The notes: generated by a model from the letters alone, not told the origin. Counted from the stretch's first letter, positions 21,505-31,357 are shown. The stretch: DNA of 64,000 nucleotides from a virus (IMGVR_UViG_3300021255_000040:1-64000); one strand, 5' to 3'. Translations and numbers: made by a program.

Positions 21505-22689
21505 CTAAATGTCAAGTTTGAAACCCTTGGTAATAAAGGATTCAGGATCATCTGTCACTGATGTTACCATCTTCAGACTGCCATCTGAGTTCCTCTTAGT
21601 TCCATTAAGGGTTTTCTCCAACTCGCTGAGACCTTTCCTTACTTCTTTTTTTACCTTGCCTTTGGTCAGGGAATCAAAGTCCTTGAATCCATTGGTCATT
21701 GTGAAGAAGAGACTTACATACTTCAGGAAGTCTGACCTGTGCTCTGTTTCATACTTCTGGATGGCTGTCAGGTACTCTCCTGTCTCAGGGTCTTTGTACA
21801 CTGGCTTGAAGACATTCTCAAAGATTTTCTTGCGAACATCCTGATTAATCTCCATGTCACCCATCAGAGCCTTGTCCTTCATGATGCTGTCCTTCAGCTT
21901 GTCAGCTTGCTTCTGTCTTTCTGCCTTGTCCTCATCAGCTTTCTTCTGAGCATCTTCCAACAGAGAATTGTATTTCTTCTGGAAGAATTCCTTGTTGCTT
22001 TGAAGAGCTTCCTTGGCATCCTCAATATCAGTACCTGCATCAATGCTCTGCTTGGCAAATTTCTCTGCCTTCTCAGGTTTCATGCCCTGATTGAGGTAGT
22101 CCTGGAAAATAAGATTATACCTGAGCTGCTCTCCTTTCTCACTCTCTTCCCTCAGATGTTCATCTTTAATAGAGGCAAGATTGTTGAGAGTAGTCTCATA
22201 GTTCCTGATGTCATCAGGTCTTACTCCATTCTGCAAGGCTTTCAAGACTCTTTTCTGACCATCATCAAAGCGAGCTTGTACTTCAGCTTCAATAGCCTCA
22301 TGCAAGGACTCTGCATCTGTGACTTTACTGATAGTCTCTTCATCAAGGTTTGGGAAGATTCCATCCTCTGCCATAGCGTTGGCAATGGAAGAGTAGAAGT
22401 TTTCTGGAGAAGTGCCACCACCTGTATCAGTGGAGGAACCTTCCTTTCCCTTTGTCTCTTTACCACTACCTACGCTCTCTGGCTTTTCCTTCTTCTCTTC
22501 CTCTTCAAAAAGGTCTTCTGGATCAACCTCAGTAGTTGTTGTATCATCATGTTTCTCTTTGCCTTCAGGAGTCTCCTCCTCTTTGGCTACCTCTACTGTC
22601 TCTTCAGTAGAAGTTTCTTCTGTGTCATCCATAAAGAGGTTGTCAATCTCAGCCTCTCCAAAGATGTTGTCTAAACCTAATGCTTCCAT
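21505..22689 (-). CDS. Acidic scaffold-like protein upstream of MCP
   Basis: 394 aa, Glu/Asp-rich N-terminus, coiled coils; canonical pre-MCP position. Confidence 0.65.
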   Translation of the reverse strand: MEALGLDNIFGEAEIDNLFMDDTEETSTEETVEVAKEEETPEGKEKHDDTTTTEVDPEDLFEEEEKKEKPESVGSGKETKGKEGSSTDTGGGTSPENFYSSIANAMAEDGIFPNLDEETISKVTDAESLHEAIEAEVQARFDDGQKRVLKALQNGVRPDDIRNYETTLNNLASIKDEHLREESEKGEQLRYNLIFQDYLNQGMKPEKAEKFAKQSIDAGTDIEDAKEALQSNKEFFQKKYNSLLEDAQKKADEDKAERQKQADKLKDSIMKDKALMGDMEINQDVRKKIFENVFKPVYKDPETGEYLTAIQKYETEHRSDFLKYVSLFFTMTNGFKDFDSLTKGKVKKEVRKGLSELEKTLNGTKRNSDGSLKMVTSVTDDPESFITKGFKLDI

Positions 22690-22851
22690 TGTTATCCTTC
22701 TCTTTTTAAATTCTACTTAAAGTTTCTACAATCTTCTGGTCACAAAAGTACATAATTATTTATACGGTTTTTTAACACTTATTTTACCAATAAGTACCAA
22801 TAAAAAAGGTGCTTAGAAAAGCACCTCTTACATTTACTTTGTTTTCAAAAA

Positions 22852-25128
22852 TTACTGCTGTTTCTTTCCTGGATAATTCTTATTCCAGTAGTCATCTGCT
22901 GCCATACCAGTAGCAGGAGCTTCGTGTTGTTTCAAATCTCCTTGGAACAAGATAATCTTTTCTTCTCGGTATAACATAAGCTGGGCAAGAGCCATGACTC
23001 TATCATAGTTACCAAAAGGGTTCCATAGAATTAACTCTTTCAATAACGCTCTATTCCTTATATTATATAGATTAGGCATGGTAGTTTCAATATCATTTCC
23101 ATCATTATCCTTAACAACAATAGGAACAGGTTTTAACAGCCAATCTCTGATAACCCTGAAAGCATAGTTAATAACAGGAACAGTTGCCCTGACACCTTTG
23201 GCTGTATTGCCAAATCCTCCTGATTTTACAATCTGCTTATCCTTCAGGTATTCTGGGGTATCTGCCAACATCCACAGGGAATGTCTGATACTGAAGAAAG
23301 TAAATATACCCTTCAGGTTCTGCTCATACATACATCTTGCATTATAATACTTGCAGAGTTTCCACACTATATCATAGAAGTCGTCAGCAAACATAGGCCT
23401 ACCTGTATATTCTGCAACCAATTGATCAGTCCATAGGTCTAACACATGTACTGATGCCAGTGACATGGTTTCAGACTGGTCTTGGTCATAAGGGTCAACA
23501 CCTGCTATATATCTGCCTTGGGGTACATTACCATCAGAACTTTTCTGAGGTTGCTGGAAAATCTCCAATGCTCCAGTAACTTTATTATCCTTGAGTGGAA
23601 AATCTCTTATAGGTGTGTTACTATTAGTAGGCACAAACTCTACTTTACCAGTATTTTTGTCAAAAGACAGCTCTCCTACATAGACATCATCATATTCATT
23701 GGGGTTATTATCCAATTGATTCAGCCTGTTATTCAACTCAGTCACAGGAAACATATTTCCCTGACTTCTGATAATAGCCTCTTGTGGTGTAATGGGATAC
23801 TGGGAAATACGTTTGGTAATGGTATTAACATCTGTAGAGCCGTATTTTACTTTATAGCGGTCATTCAGAAGCATAAGGAGTGCCTTAGTAACATCACTGT
23901 TACCATCAGCATCTACACAGGAATCATCATAATTCATGTAAGCAGGATAGAACATACAGCATTTCTTTCTACCTTGTCCTTCCTTATCAAATACATTGTC
24001 CAGTGCTTCCATGTTATAACCATCAGGAGAGTAAAACATCTCTTGGAAGGCAGTAAAGTCTGACATATCATCACCAGCAGTTCCATAGGCTATAATCTGT
24101 CCAAACACAGAAGAACCTTGCTCTACAGAAGGTCTAATCATGTTGTACATAGAAAGTAAATCCTTGAAGATACCTGCCTCCTCAATGAGATACAACACAC
24201 CACGAGAACCATTTAGCTTATCCTGATTAACACCTGATATAATACCTGATACTGAGTTCTGGCTACCATAGGCTACATCACTACCAGACTTCTTATAACC
24301 CATCTCCCAATAAAGCTCTTGAATACTGCTCTTAAGTCTTCTTGAAGCAAATTGAGTATTCTTGGCACAGAAGTCTATATCATCCACAAACACATCAAGT
24401 ATCTGGTTAGTACCAATCAGTTTGGTTCTATCAGCAGCAGTAACCATGCACTGCACACCTTCTTTATTATCAGCAGATTCTCCAATAATAAATCTCTTGG
24501 CAGCTTTCTCTGCACCCATACCAGTCTTACCTTTACCACGACTGGCAAGATAGGCTGAATGGTGTCCATGCACTCTACTCTGTCTCTCATAGTGATAGAC
24601 AAGAAACTGCCCATCCCAGAACTTTGGATGTCTGGTAGTACGCATCTCCAAGCCATCATCTCTCTTTACTACAAGGTGCATAGGACAATAGTTTAGCAAC
24701 CAGTAGTGGTCTCCAGTCACCCACATACCAGTTTCAGGGTTACAATATCCTTCCCAACCTCTTCTCCTTTCCTCTCTGATGTATTTACCAAACTCACTAT
24801 TAGGATTTGAGTTTGGCTTCAGGTTAGTGTATTTATGCTTAGGGTCATTCTGCCAAGTTAAAGCAGCTTCCCTGAAATAGTCTGAACATTCAAGAATAGG
24901 AGGATGAGTTACATCTATGATAGCTCTGCCAAACTCATCTTTAGGTAGTTCTGAGATATAAGGTCTCGCAGGACTGACCATCCACCTGATGAATGGCACA
25001 TTATTCAGATAGTCCCAGAACTGTTCGACTACTTCATTTGGGTATTTTTCAAGATGTAATTCTTCTAATGGTGTTTGACATTTATTCCACTTTACTTCCA
25101 TGTGTCTCCCTCCTTTACCTTTTTCCAA
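22852..25128 (-). CDS. terL: Terminase large subunit
   Basis: Walker A-like 'LASRGKGKT', Walker B 'LIEEAG', 'GTAG', nuclease 'AGVDPYD', 'GNYDRVMA'; likely start 25101. Confidence 0.93.
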   Translation of the reverse strand: MEKGKGGRHMEVKWNKCQTPLEELHLEKYPNEVVEQFWDYLNNVPFIRWMVSPARPYISELPKDEFGRAIIDVTHPPILECSDYFREAALTWQNDPKHKYTNLKPNSNPNSEFGKYIREERRRGWEGYCNPETGMWVTGDHYWLLNYCPMHLVVKRDDGLEMRTTRHPKFWDGQFLVYHYERQSRVHGHHSAYLASRGKGKTGMGAEKAAKRFIIGESADNKEGVQCMVTAADRTKLIGTNQILDVFVDDIDFCAKNTQFASRRLKSSIQELYWEMGYKKSGSDVAYGSQNSVSGIISGVNQDKLNGSRGVLYLIEEAGIFKDLLSMYNMIRPSVEQGSSVFGQIIAYGTAGDDMSDFTAFQEMFYSPDGYNMEALDNVFDKEGQGRKKCCMFYPAYMNYDDSCVDADGNSDVTKALLMLLNDRYKVKYGSTDVNTITKRISQYPITPQEAIIRSQGNMFPVTELNNRLNQLDNNPNEYDDVYVGELSFDKNTGKVEFVPTNSNTPIRDFPLKDNKVTGALEIFQQPQKSSDGNVPQGRYIAGVDPYDQDQSETMSLASVHVLDLWTDQLVAEYTGRPMFADDFYDIVWKLCKYYNARCMYEQNLKGIFTFFSIRHSLWMLADTPEYLKDKQIVKSGGFGNTAKGVRATVPVINYAFRVIRDWLLKPVPIVVKDNDGNDIETTMPNLYNIRNRALLKELILWNPFGNYDRVMALAQLMLYREEKIILFQGDLKQHEAPATGMAADDYWNKNYPGKKQQ

Positions 25129-25853
25129 ATAAATCCTCCTGCATGTTTAAAGTCACCATTAATATTTTTTCTTATACATACTCTATTTATTCCTGTAACT
25201 CTTTCCGCTTCTCTGATAGATTCAAAGCTATTAATTACAATATTGCCTTGACATTGAACTATTTTGTATTTTTTCCAGTGCTCTTCACACAACTGTAACC
25301 TTTGCGAAAGAGAATCTATATCTTCTTTATAGATGAAAATGTAACCATGTAAAGTATTTTCTCTAATCATCCCACTAGCACAATTACTAACAGATGTTTT
25401 ACCAAACCCAAGATTCTCAGATGCATCTAGTGCTGATTCATATTCATTGATAAACTCACCTTTCATAGAGTATTGTAGTACAGGTTTCTTGTGTGCTTCA
25501 CTTACAAAATTCGCAATTTTTCTTTTTGCTTTCTCTGGCATGTGAAATCCTGCTGTACTTTCACCTCCATCTGTTATATTATAAGATATGTTGTGTAACT
25601 TATACCATCTAATAAGATATTTTTCTGCATAAACAGCTTCTGCTTTAGTAATATCATCTAATATAACCTCATGTGTAAAATTACTCCATCCATATTTTTG
25701 TATAGCCCTATAGAATAGTTTACAGCGTTTATATCCCCTACCTTGATTCCATCTAAATGACAAAGACAGCTTAGTAATACCGACATATACTCTTCCGCTA
25801 GGACTTATATGTCTATAAACCTTGTACTCTTTTACTTCTTGCAAATTATCCAT
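25092..25853 (-). CDS. GIY-YIG homing endonuclease with NUMOD1-like repeats
   Basis: 'VYRHISPSGRVYVGIT', 'YNITDGGE', 'KPVLQYS..GEFI.EY.S...A', 'AGGFIWK'. Confidence 0.85.
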   Translation of the reverse strand: MDNLQEVKEYKVYRHISPSGRVYVGITKLSLSFRWNQGRGYKRCKLFYRAIQKYGWSNFTHEVILDDITKAEAVYAEKYLIRWYKLHNISYNITDGGESTAGFHMPEKAKRKIANFVSEAHKKPVLQYSMKGEFINEYESALDASENLGFGKTSVSNCASGMIRENTLHGYIFIYKEDIDSLSQRLQLCEEHWKKYKIVQCQGNIVINSFESIREAERVTGINRVCIRKNINGDFKHAGGFIWKKVKEGDTWK

Positions 25854-25942
25854 AACAATCTTCTACTCTTTTACGGTTACAAAAATAAAAAAGGCTCATC
25901 ACTTAGACAAACCTCTAATAATTCTACTTAGATTTATTCATT

Positions 25943-26185
25943 CTAAGGTAAAGGAACGTGCTCAAGTTTACCTATTCTATCTAAGCATAACCCTTCCCTA
26001 ATGGCTTTATCTAATTCTAAAAGAGTATAGGCACTACAAATCATGCTTACATTTCCTGTAGTTACTTTATATAACATACTAATACCATATACTCTAGTCA
26101 CTTGGAATAGAGGCTTTCTTTCTATATTAAGTTTAGATAAAGCCTCTTCAATGTCTTTTAAAGATAACTGATTATAATTATCCAT
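25943..26185 (-). CDS. Hypothetical protein
   Basis: 80 aa ORF abutting its neighbours. Confidence 0.45.
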   Translation of the reverse strand: MDNYNQLSLKDIEEALSKLNIERKPLFQVTRVYGISMLYKVTTGNVSMICSAYTLLELDKAIREGLCLDRIGKLEHVPLP

Positions 26186-26186
26186 A

Positions 26187-26738
26187 CTAGTCTATCCCAA
26201 TGTCACCAATAGTAAGTTCCTGAGTACCCCTTGCTTTACCATTCTCCACAATTTCTTGCTCAACCTTTTTCTGAAGAGTTTGAATGGTATTGACAATACC
26301 CTCAAGATTCTTTAAGGCAGAAGTAATCTGAGAAACATTATACTTAGCTCTGCCTTTATCATCCTCTTCTGTAAGGTCAACTGTTCTGAGAAAAGTTCCC
26401 ACAGTATTGGCTGCAACCAATGCATCATTGAGCAGTTTCTGAGATACAGTGATAGTATGCTTCTTATATACCTCCATTGCTTCTAACAGAAACTCAGATG
26501 GCTTGAAGTCCTTAGGCAGTCCCTCTTGTTCTATAATAGCCTGACTCCTTTCATCCTCATCCATAATATAGGAATAAGTGCTTCTGGGGTCTGTCATAAA
26601 ATAAAGGTAACTCATCTGCCTCCAGAACTGTTCCTTCCTTTCACTTCTGTCAGCATTGAATATCCTCCTAATTGGCCTCAATAAAAAAGCTTCATCTGCT
26701 AGCTTTATTTGGTAGTCTTCGTATCTGATAAGCTTCAT
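26187..26738 (-). CDS. Conserved crAss protein (possible small terminase)
   Basis: 183 aa; 'YLYF..DPRS.Y', 'D..GR..Y', helical; near terL. The TerS role is inference only. Confidence 0.5.
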   Translation of the reverse strand: MKLIRYEDYQIKLADEAFLLRPIRRIFNADRSERKEQFWRQMSYLYFMTDPRSTYSYIMDEDERSQAIIEQEGLPKDFKPSEFLLEAMEVYKKHTITVSQKLLNDALVAANTVGTFLRTVDLTEEDDKGRAKYNVSQITSALKNLEGIVNTIQTLQKKVEQEIVENGKARGTQELTIGDIGID

Positions 26739-26739
26739 G

Positions 26740-27108
26740 TTATAAAGTAATTATATGATTAAACGTGCCATCTACAAACTTTTCATAGGCAAAATCTCCT
26801 TTACCAAATCTGAGAAGCTCAAACAGGTATTTTAATACATTCATATCAAATTTATGTGCCTCTTCTTCTTTTTTAGGAAAAAGGTCTTTAGTCATCTTAT
26901 GACGTACCCTTAAGACAGGATAGTCATGGTCTTCATCTACAAAGAAATGTACAAACACCTCCCATATTACATCCCCATCCTCATTAAAAGAATATGCAGA
27001 GTGGGAAAAATGTCCTTTAGTTTCCACTCCTCTCCGCTGCCTTTCGAGATTGAGGTTTGAGTTTACAATATCTAAAATATCACTTAATGTGTACATACTA
27101 ATTTTCAT
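26740..27108 (-). CDS. Hypothetical protein
   Basis: 122 aa ORF in operon. Confidence 0.5.
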   Translation of the reverse strand: MKISMYTLSDILDIVNSNLNLERQRRGVETKGHFSHSAYSFNEDGDVIWEVFVHFFVDEDHDYPVLRVRHKMTKDLFPKKEEEAHKFDMNVLKYLFELLRFGKGDFAYEKFVDGTFNHIITL

Positions 27109-27173
27109 TTAAAACTAAAAAGACCTAGGCCATCACAGCCTAGGCCACCTCTCCTAAAAACAATCTTCTACCT

Positions 27174-27599
27174 TTAATTACCTAATATAAGTTTTTTCTT
27201 CTCAGGGATGATAATACTCTCATTAACCTCTTCACCTTCAAACACAAATTGAATGTCTCTGTCAGTCAAAAGCAAGCAATCACTGGTATTTCCCTTCTCA
27301 TCTGTTACAGGAACAGTGGGAATATTAATACTTAGAGTGGGGTTATTATCCATATCATTCTGTACAGAGTCCTTACTATATTTCTTCCGCACATAGGCGA
27401 TAGGATTAATCATCACCATATCACCAACCTTGATGTCCCTTACAGCAGAACCTACAGCCAATACCTTTTGATACAACTTAAGGTCTCCCTTTTTCTGGTC
27501 TTGCTGGATAATACCTCCAACAGTAACATCTTTCTCAAACTTATCACCTGTTGTAACAATAGAGGTGAATAGTGGCTTAATTGTCTTTATCTTTAACAT
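27174..27599 (-). CDS. GroES-like co-chaperonin
   Basis: 'IKPLF..IV', 'GGII', 'VLAVG..V..IKVGD.V' GroES-fold motifs. Confidence 0.65.
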   Translation of the reverse strand: MLKIKTIKPLFTSIVTTGDKFEKDVTVGGIIQQDQKKGDLKLYQKVLAVGSAVRDIKVGDMVMINPIAYVRKKYSKDSVQNDMDNNPTLSINIPTVPVTDEKGNTSDCLLLTDRDIQFVFEGEEVNESIIIPEKKKLILGN

Positions 27600-27888
27600 T
27601 GTTATCCTGTTTTTTATTTATATGTTCTAAATAATTCTTGTAATGATTGGCATGATGCCTCTTCATTCTATGATACCTGTCAAGAGTAACATGCAACTTA
27701 CCTATAGATGGAATATTAATGTTTGGCTTAAGCTTCTCAAATTCCTCATCTGTCAGGTCTTCCTTCATAGGCAAGGATGCTATGTACTGCTTGATGGCTC
27801 TCCAGTATGCTTTGTAAGTTTTGTCCACCAGTCTTTCAGAAAGACCAGTCTCAACAGCAACTCTAGATATAATCTCCTCATAGACCAT
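27577..27888 (-). CDS. Hypothetical protein (HU/IHF-like)
   Basis: 103 aa; 'II..VA.ETGLS...V', 'INIPSIGKL'. Confidence 0.5.
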   Translation of the reverse strand: MVYEEIISRVAVETGLSERLVDKTYKAYWRAIKQYIASLPMKEDLTDEEFEKLKPNINIPSIGKLHVTLDRYHRMKRHHANHYKNYLEHINKKQDNNVKDKDN

Positions 27889-27892
27889 TACC

Positions 27893-28339
27893 TTATACTT
27901 CTCCTTTAAACTGTATCAAGAGTCTGAATATTCCATTGTCATCCTGTCTGACATTGGGAATCAGCTGGGGATGAATAATGTCATCCTTCAAAACCCCCTT
28001 TCTTTTCAATGCACTCTTGATGACATAGAAGTGCTGGGCTGTAATACCACACTCCTCAATCACATCCTGCTTAACCTTATCACTCTTCATCAAAATATCA
28101 AGATGTGCAGGGTCTTTAGTGTCTTTAGATAACTCCCATCTCTGTTTTAGAAGACTGGCAATAACATCAGTTTCCTTATCTGTAAGGCTGATAAATGGTC
28201 TGAGAAAGATACACCACCACTTGAAAAAAGCAATGCTGGATGCACAATCAACATTGAACATGTTGTTGGGCTTAGGCATGGTAATAGTCTTCTTCTTACC
28301 TTCCTGCTCTGACTGCTTGGGTACTGTACTGTTCTCCAT
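27893..28339 (-). CDS. Hypothetical winged-helix-like protein
   Basis: 148 aa; 'LT.KE.DV', 'I...GI...F..I...L..KG'. Confidence 0.5.
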   Translation of the reverse strand: MENSTVPKQSEQEGKKKTITMPKPNNMFNVDCASSIAFFKWWCIFLRPFISLTDKETDVIASLLKQRWELSKDTKDPAHLDILMKSDKVKQDVIEECGITAQHFYVIKSALKRKGVLKDDIIHPQLIPNVRQDDNGIFRLLIQFKGEV

Positions 28340-28340
28340 A

Positions 28341-28721
28341 TTACTTCTCCTTATTCTCTTCTTCTTTCTGTTCTGGAATAGTCAGTGCTTCCTGAATCTC
28401 CTTAAGACACTCCTCAACAAATACACTGTCAAAACAAGGATAGTCTGAAACTCTGTAGTTATTAGCAATCTCCACTACCTTGAACAAATACTCCATTCTC
28501 TTGTTAGTGAAGTACTGCTCTGCCTCACCAAGCTGCTTTCTCAGTCCCTTGATATAGTTATCCTGATTATACAATTGCTGATTCATCTGGATAACCTGCT
28601 GAACCAATTGCTCCTTAGACCATTTCTGAAGCTCATCCTGAATAGAACCCTCTGTACCTTTACCCTCAGGGTTAGTAACTGGTTTCATCTTCACTTCCTT
28701 ACTTCCAATCTCTTTCTCCAT
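28341..28721 (-). CDS. Hypothetical coiled-coil protein
   Basis: 126 aa; 'KRM.YLFKVVE'. Confidence 0.55.
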   Translation of the reverse strand: MEKEIGSKEVKMKPVTNPEGKGTEGSIQDELQKWSKEQLVQQVIQMNQQLYNQDNYIKGLRKQLGEAEQYFTNKRMEYLFKVVEIANNYRVSDYPCFDSVFVEECLKEIQEALTIPEQKEEENKEK

Positions 28722-28726
28722 ACCTT

Positions 28727-29164
28727 TTAATATTTAAACAGTTTCAACAATAAAAATTTCAAATCATTAAGCTTATTCTCCTTGACTATGTGATGAAAGA
28801 AGAGAATAATAGCATCTGCCTTACTCAAACCTCCAGGGAATGAAGGATATATTGTCTTGATAACTTCCTTCCATTTGTCACTCTTATACACCTTGGTCTT
28901 CAGCTCTTCAATAGTCAGACCAAATATAAAAGTCTTCCTGGGATCTTCATTCTTTACGGCAAACTTATGTCCATATCTCTTCTCATACTTTTCTTCCCAT
29001 ATCTCTATAGGAGCCTCTGAGATGTCAGAACAGCCACAGTCACCACAGTATTCAGAGTCTAAAGTCTCATCATACTTGACCTTCAGTGAGTAACATCTGG
29101 AACAGTATTTTACTGGCTCAGAGTCATAGTCATTAAGTTCTCTTGTTTCTGGCATAGTGGACAT
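28727..29164 (-). CDS. Zn-ribbon protein
   Basis: 'EPV.YC.RC.SL', 'YC..CG...I'. Confidence 0.6.
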   Translation of the reverse strand: MSTMPETRELNDYDSEPVKYCSRCYSLKVKYDETLDSEYCGDCGCSDISEAPIEIWEEKYEKRYGHKFAVKNEDPRKTFIFGLTIEELKTKVYKSDKWKEVIKTIYPSFPGGLSKADAIILFFHHIVKENKLNDLKFLLLKLFKY

Positions 29165-29198
29165 CTATAAGTTACACCTTATTATATATAATAGGAAA

Positions 29199-29420
29199 TT
29201 ACTTCTTTCTACGTGTAACCCTGCCACCTGTGGACTTGATGTTAGCAGCACTCTTCATAGCATTGGCTCGCTTGGTCATATCATCAGCTTGCCTGTTTGC
29301 CTCCTTGATAGCCATGTTCATTCTTGACTTGTCACTCATAATCTCCTGATACCTCGCCATTGTGTGAGCATCATCCTGTGCTTGCCATTGCAAGTCCTGT
29401 TTCGACATCTTTGTTGCCAT
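29199..29420 (-). CDS. Small basic hypothetical protein
   Basis: 73 aa; TAnnTTTG element upstream at 29539-29546. Confidence 0.5.
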   Translation of the reverse strand: MATKMSKQDLQWQAQDDAHTMARYQEIMSDKSRMNMAIKEANRQADDMTKRANAMKSAANIKSTGGRVTRRKK

Positions 29421-29778
29421 AAGTCCTTAATATTTATTCTGTTATACTGAAAAACAATCTCAAAACCTTAAAGTAAAACTTGAACCATTAAACAGATACC
29501 ACTCTATTTCAGCAAGTTATACATCCTAAAACTTGTGGCAAAGATAAACAATATTGTTTAAACTTCCAAATAAAAACTCTAATTATTCCTTACTTTTAAT
29601 ATAAATTAAGGTTCTGATTCCCTCAACTCCACAAAAAATTACCTATCTTTGTACCCAGTTCATTCATCCTAAAAACAACTCGTTCTTTACAAATTATGTT
29701 CACTCACAACTCACCTCCATAACAGCCAACATGGAAAAGTCCTTTAAAATAAAGCACTTAGCAACCTTCCAAAGAGTA

Positions 29779-29806
29779 GGGGGTTCGAATCCCTCTCTCT
29801 CCGCCA
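29779..29806 (+). other. attP-like core: 3' end of a tRNA-Ser gene
   Basis: GGGGGTTCGAATCCCTCTCTCTCCGCCA = T-arm + acceptor strand + G discriminator + CCA with no tRNA 5' half; ~145 bp upstream of the integrase. Confidence 0.8.
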
Positions 29807-29950
29807 AATAGCACAAATGGGAAGGTTTAAAAGACTTTCCCATTTATTTTTGTACATAATCACATTACACATTATTTACACTCTAAAATTTCATTCTTTA
29901 CACTTTGGTGTTGTAAGCCCCTATTAACATCCTAAAAACAAAATTTAACA

Positions 29951-31102
29951 ATGAATAACAAAGTACCTCAAATAAATGTTGTGTTTGATAGAAGAAAAGT
30001 AGCCAGTCTCAGCAAGAAAGCTGCTGTAGAACTCAGAATAACCCACAATTATAAACAAAAGTGGATTAGCACAGGCATCATGCTATACTCTAATCAATGG
30101 AAAGATGGCAAGATTATCAACTGCTCAAACATATTGGAGATTAGTCAGACTCTGGAAACTCTTCTAACTGAAGTAAGGCAGGTTATCCTTGAGATGATTC
30201 AGAAGAATAACCTGAACATAATGACTATCTCTGATGAACTAGACAAAAAAAGACAGAGCAAAATATCATTCATTGATTTTTGCCATCAGAGAGTCTCTGT
30301 CAGGAAGTACAGGAAAAGTCAAGATACTAAAGAAAGATATGACAGGTTCATCAAGCACTTTGCTAAATGGGGTAAGATAAAAGAGTTTGAGGATATTAAT
30401 GATAAAAACATCATTGACTATGATAATTATCTGAAGGGATTCAAGCTAAAGTCTTGCAGTAAGTGGAATAACTACCACAGGTTCCTGAACAGTTTTATCA
30501 TAGATGCTGTTGCTGAAGGACATCTCAAGAGGAACCCTTATAAATGGATCAACGTGGATAGAAAGAAAAACAGCAAGGCAATAGAGAGGTGTCTTACTCC
30601 AGTAGAATTCCACAGACTTACTAGAACTAAGATGCCTACCCAGAGTATTGAAAGAGTTAAAGACTTGTTTATCTTTCAGACATACACCTGTCTCAGTTAC
30701 TCTGACCTCAAGGACTTTGATAGTAGAATGATTCAAGAGGTTAAAGGTATGAGTGTATATGTGGGCAGAAGAATCAAAACTACTATGACATTCACCATTC
30801 CCCTGCTGTCTCCAGCTCTTAACATTCTACATAAGTATGATGGCAGGTTGCCTATAATAAGTAATGTGAAATATAATGAGTATCTTAAGATAGTTGCTCA
30901 GACAGCAGGAATAGACAAGCCTATAAGTACCCATTGGGCAAGACATACAGGGGCTACTATATTACTAAATGAAGGAGTACCCATGCAGATTGTTTCAAAG
31001 ATATGTGGACATTCTTCCACCAAGATTACAGAGCAAGTGTATGCCAAACTCTTGGATGAAACAGTTGTAGAGGCTATTCAAGAAGTAGAAGATAAGATAT
31101 AA
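29951..31102 (+). CDS. int: Tyrosine integrase (Bacteroidales type: arm-binding + SAM-like + catalytic domains)
   Basis: 383 aa; N-terminal 'V.LRIT..Y....ISTG', 'F..YT.L.YSDL', 'H.ARHT.AT..LN.G', 'GHS...T...YAK'. Confidence 0.92.
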   Translation: MNNKVPQINVVFDRRKVASLSKKAAVELRITHNYKQKWISTGIMLYSNQWKDGKIINCSNILEISQTLETLLTEVRQVILEMIQKNNLNIMTISDELDKKRQSKISFIDFCHQRVSVRKYRKSQDTKERYDRFIKHFAKWGKIKEFEDINDKNIIDYDNYLKGFKLKSCSKWNNYHRFLNSFIIDAVAEGHLKRNPYKWINVDRKKNSKAIERCLTPVEFHRLTRTKMPTQSIERVKDLFIFQTYTCLSYSDLKDFDSRMIQEVKGMSVYVGRRIKTTMTFTIPLLSPALNILHKYDGRLPIISNVKYNEYLKIVAQTAGIDKPISTHWARHTGATILLNEGVPMQIVSKICGHSSTKITEQVYAKLLDETVVEAIQEVEDKI

Positions 31103-31171
31103 TAAATCCCTCTGACCTATCGCAGGCAAGAGGGACTGGCAATTGTAAATTTGCGTCAAAGAAAACAATTT

Positions 31172-31354
31172 TTATCTTATGGATTTTATCAAATACTCGA
31201 TCTTTAGGATTATCCAGATAGCCAAAGCTACTGGCCATAACATACAGGCTATATTGGCTGACTGGTGTTCTATCTCACCATCATCATTACTATATATAAA
31301 GCAATGTGCGGTTATAGCACCAAGGATATATACTATAGTAACAATCCACTCCAT
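31172..31354 (-). CDS. Small two-TM membrane protein
   Basis: 60 aa with two hydrophobic segments. Confidence 0.45.
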   Translation of the reverse strand: MEWIVTIVYILGAITAHCFIYSNDDGEIEHQSANIACMLWPVALAIWIILKIEYLIKSIR

Positions 31355-31357
31355 ACT

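Noticed and set aside
22852-25128. Intein or intron in terL or MCP
   Set aside because: Continuous ORFs of ordinary size without splice motifs; the adjacent endonucleases are free-standing.
753-29093. Many plus-strand ORFs in the track (e.g. 21739..22674, 13916..14455, 23482..24063)
   Set aside because: Antisense shadows of well-supported minus-strand genes, with no recognisable motifs.
29740-29806. Complete tRNA-Ser gene
   Set aside because: No acceptor 5' strand, D arm or anticodon arm upstream; only the 3' 28 nt are present.
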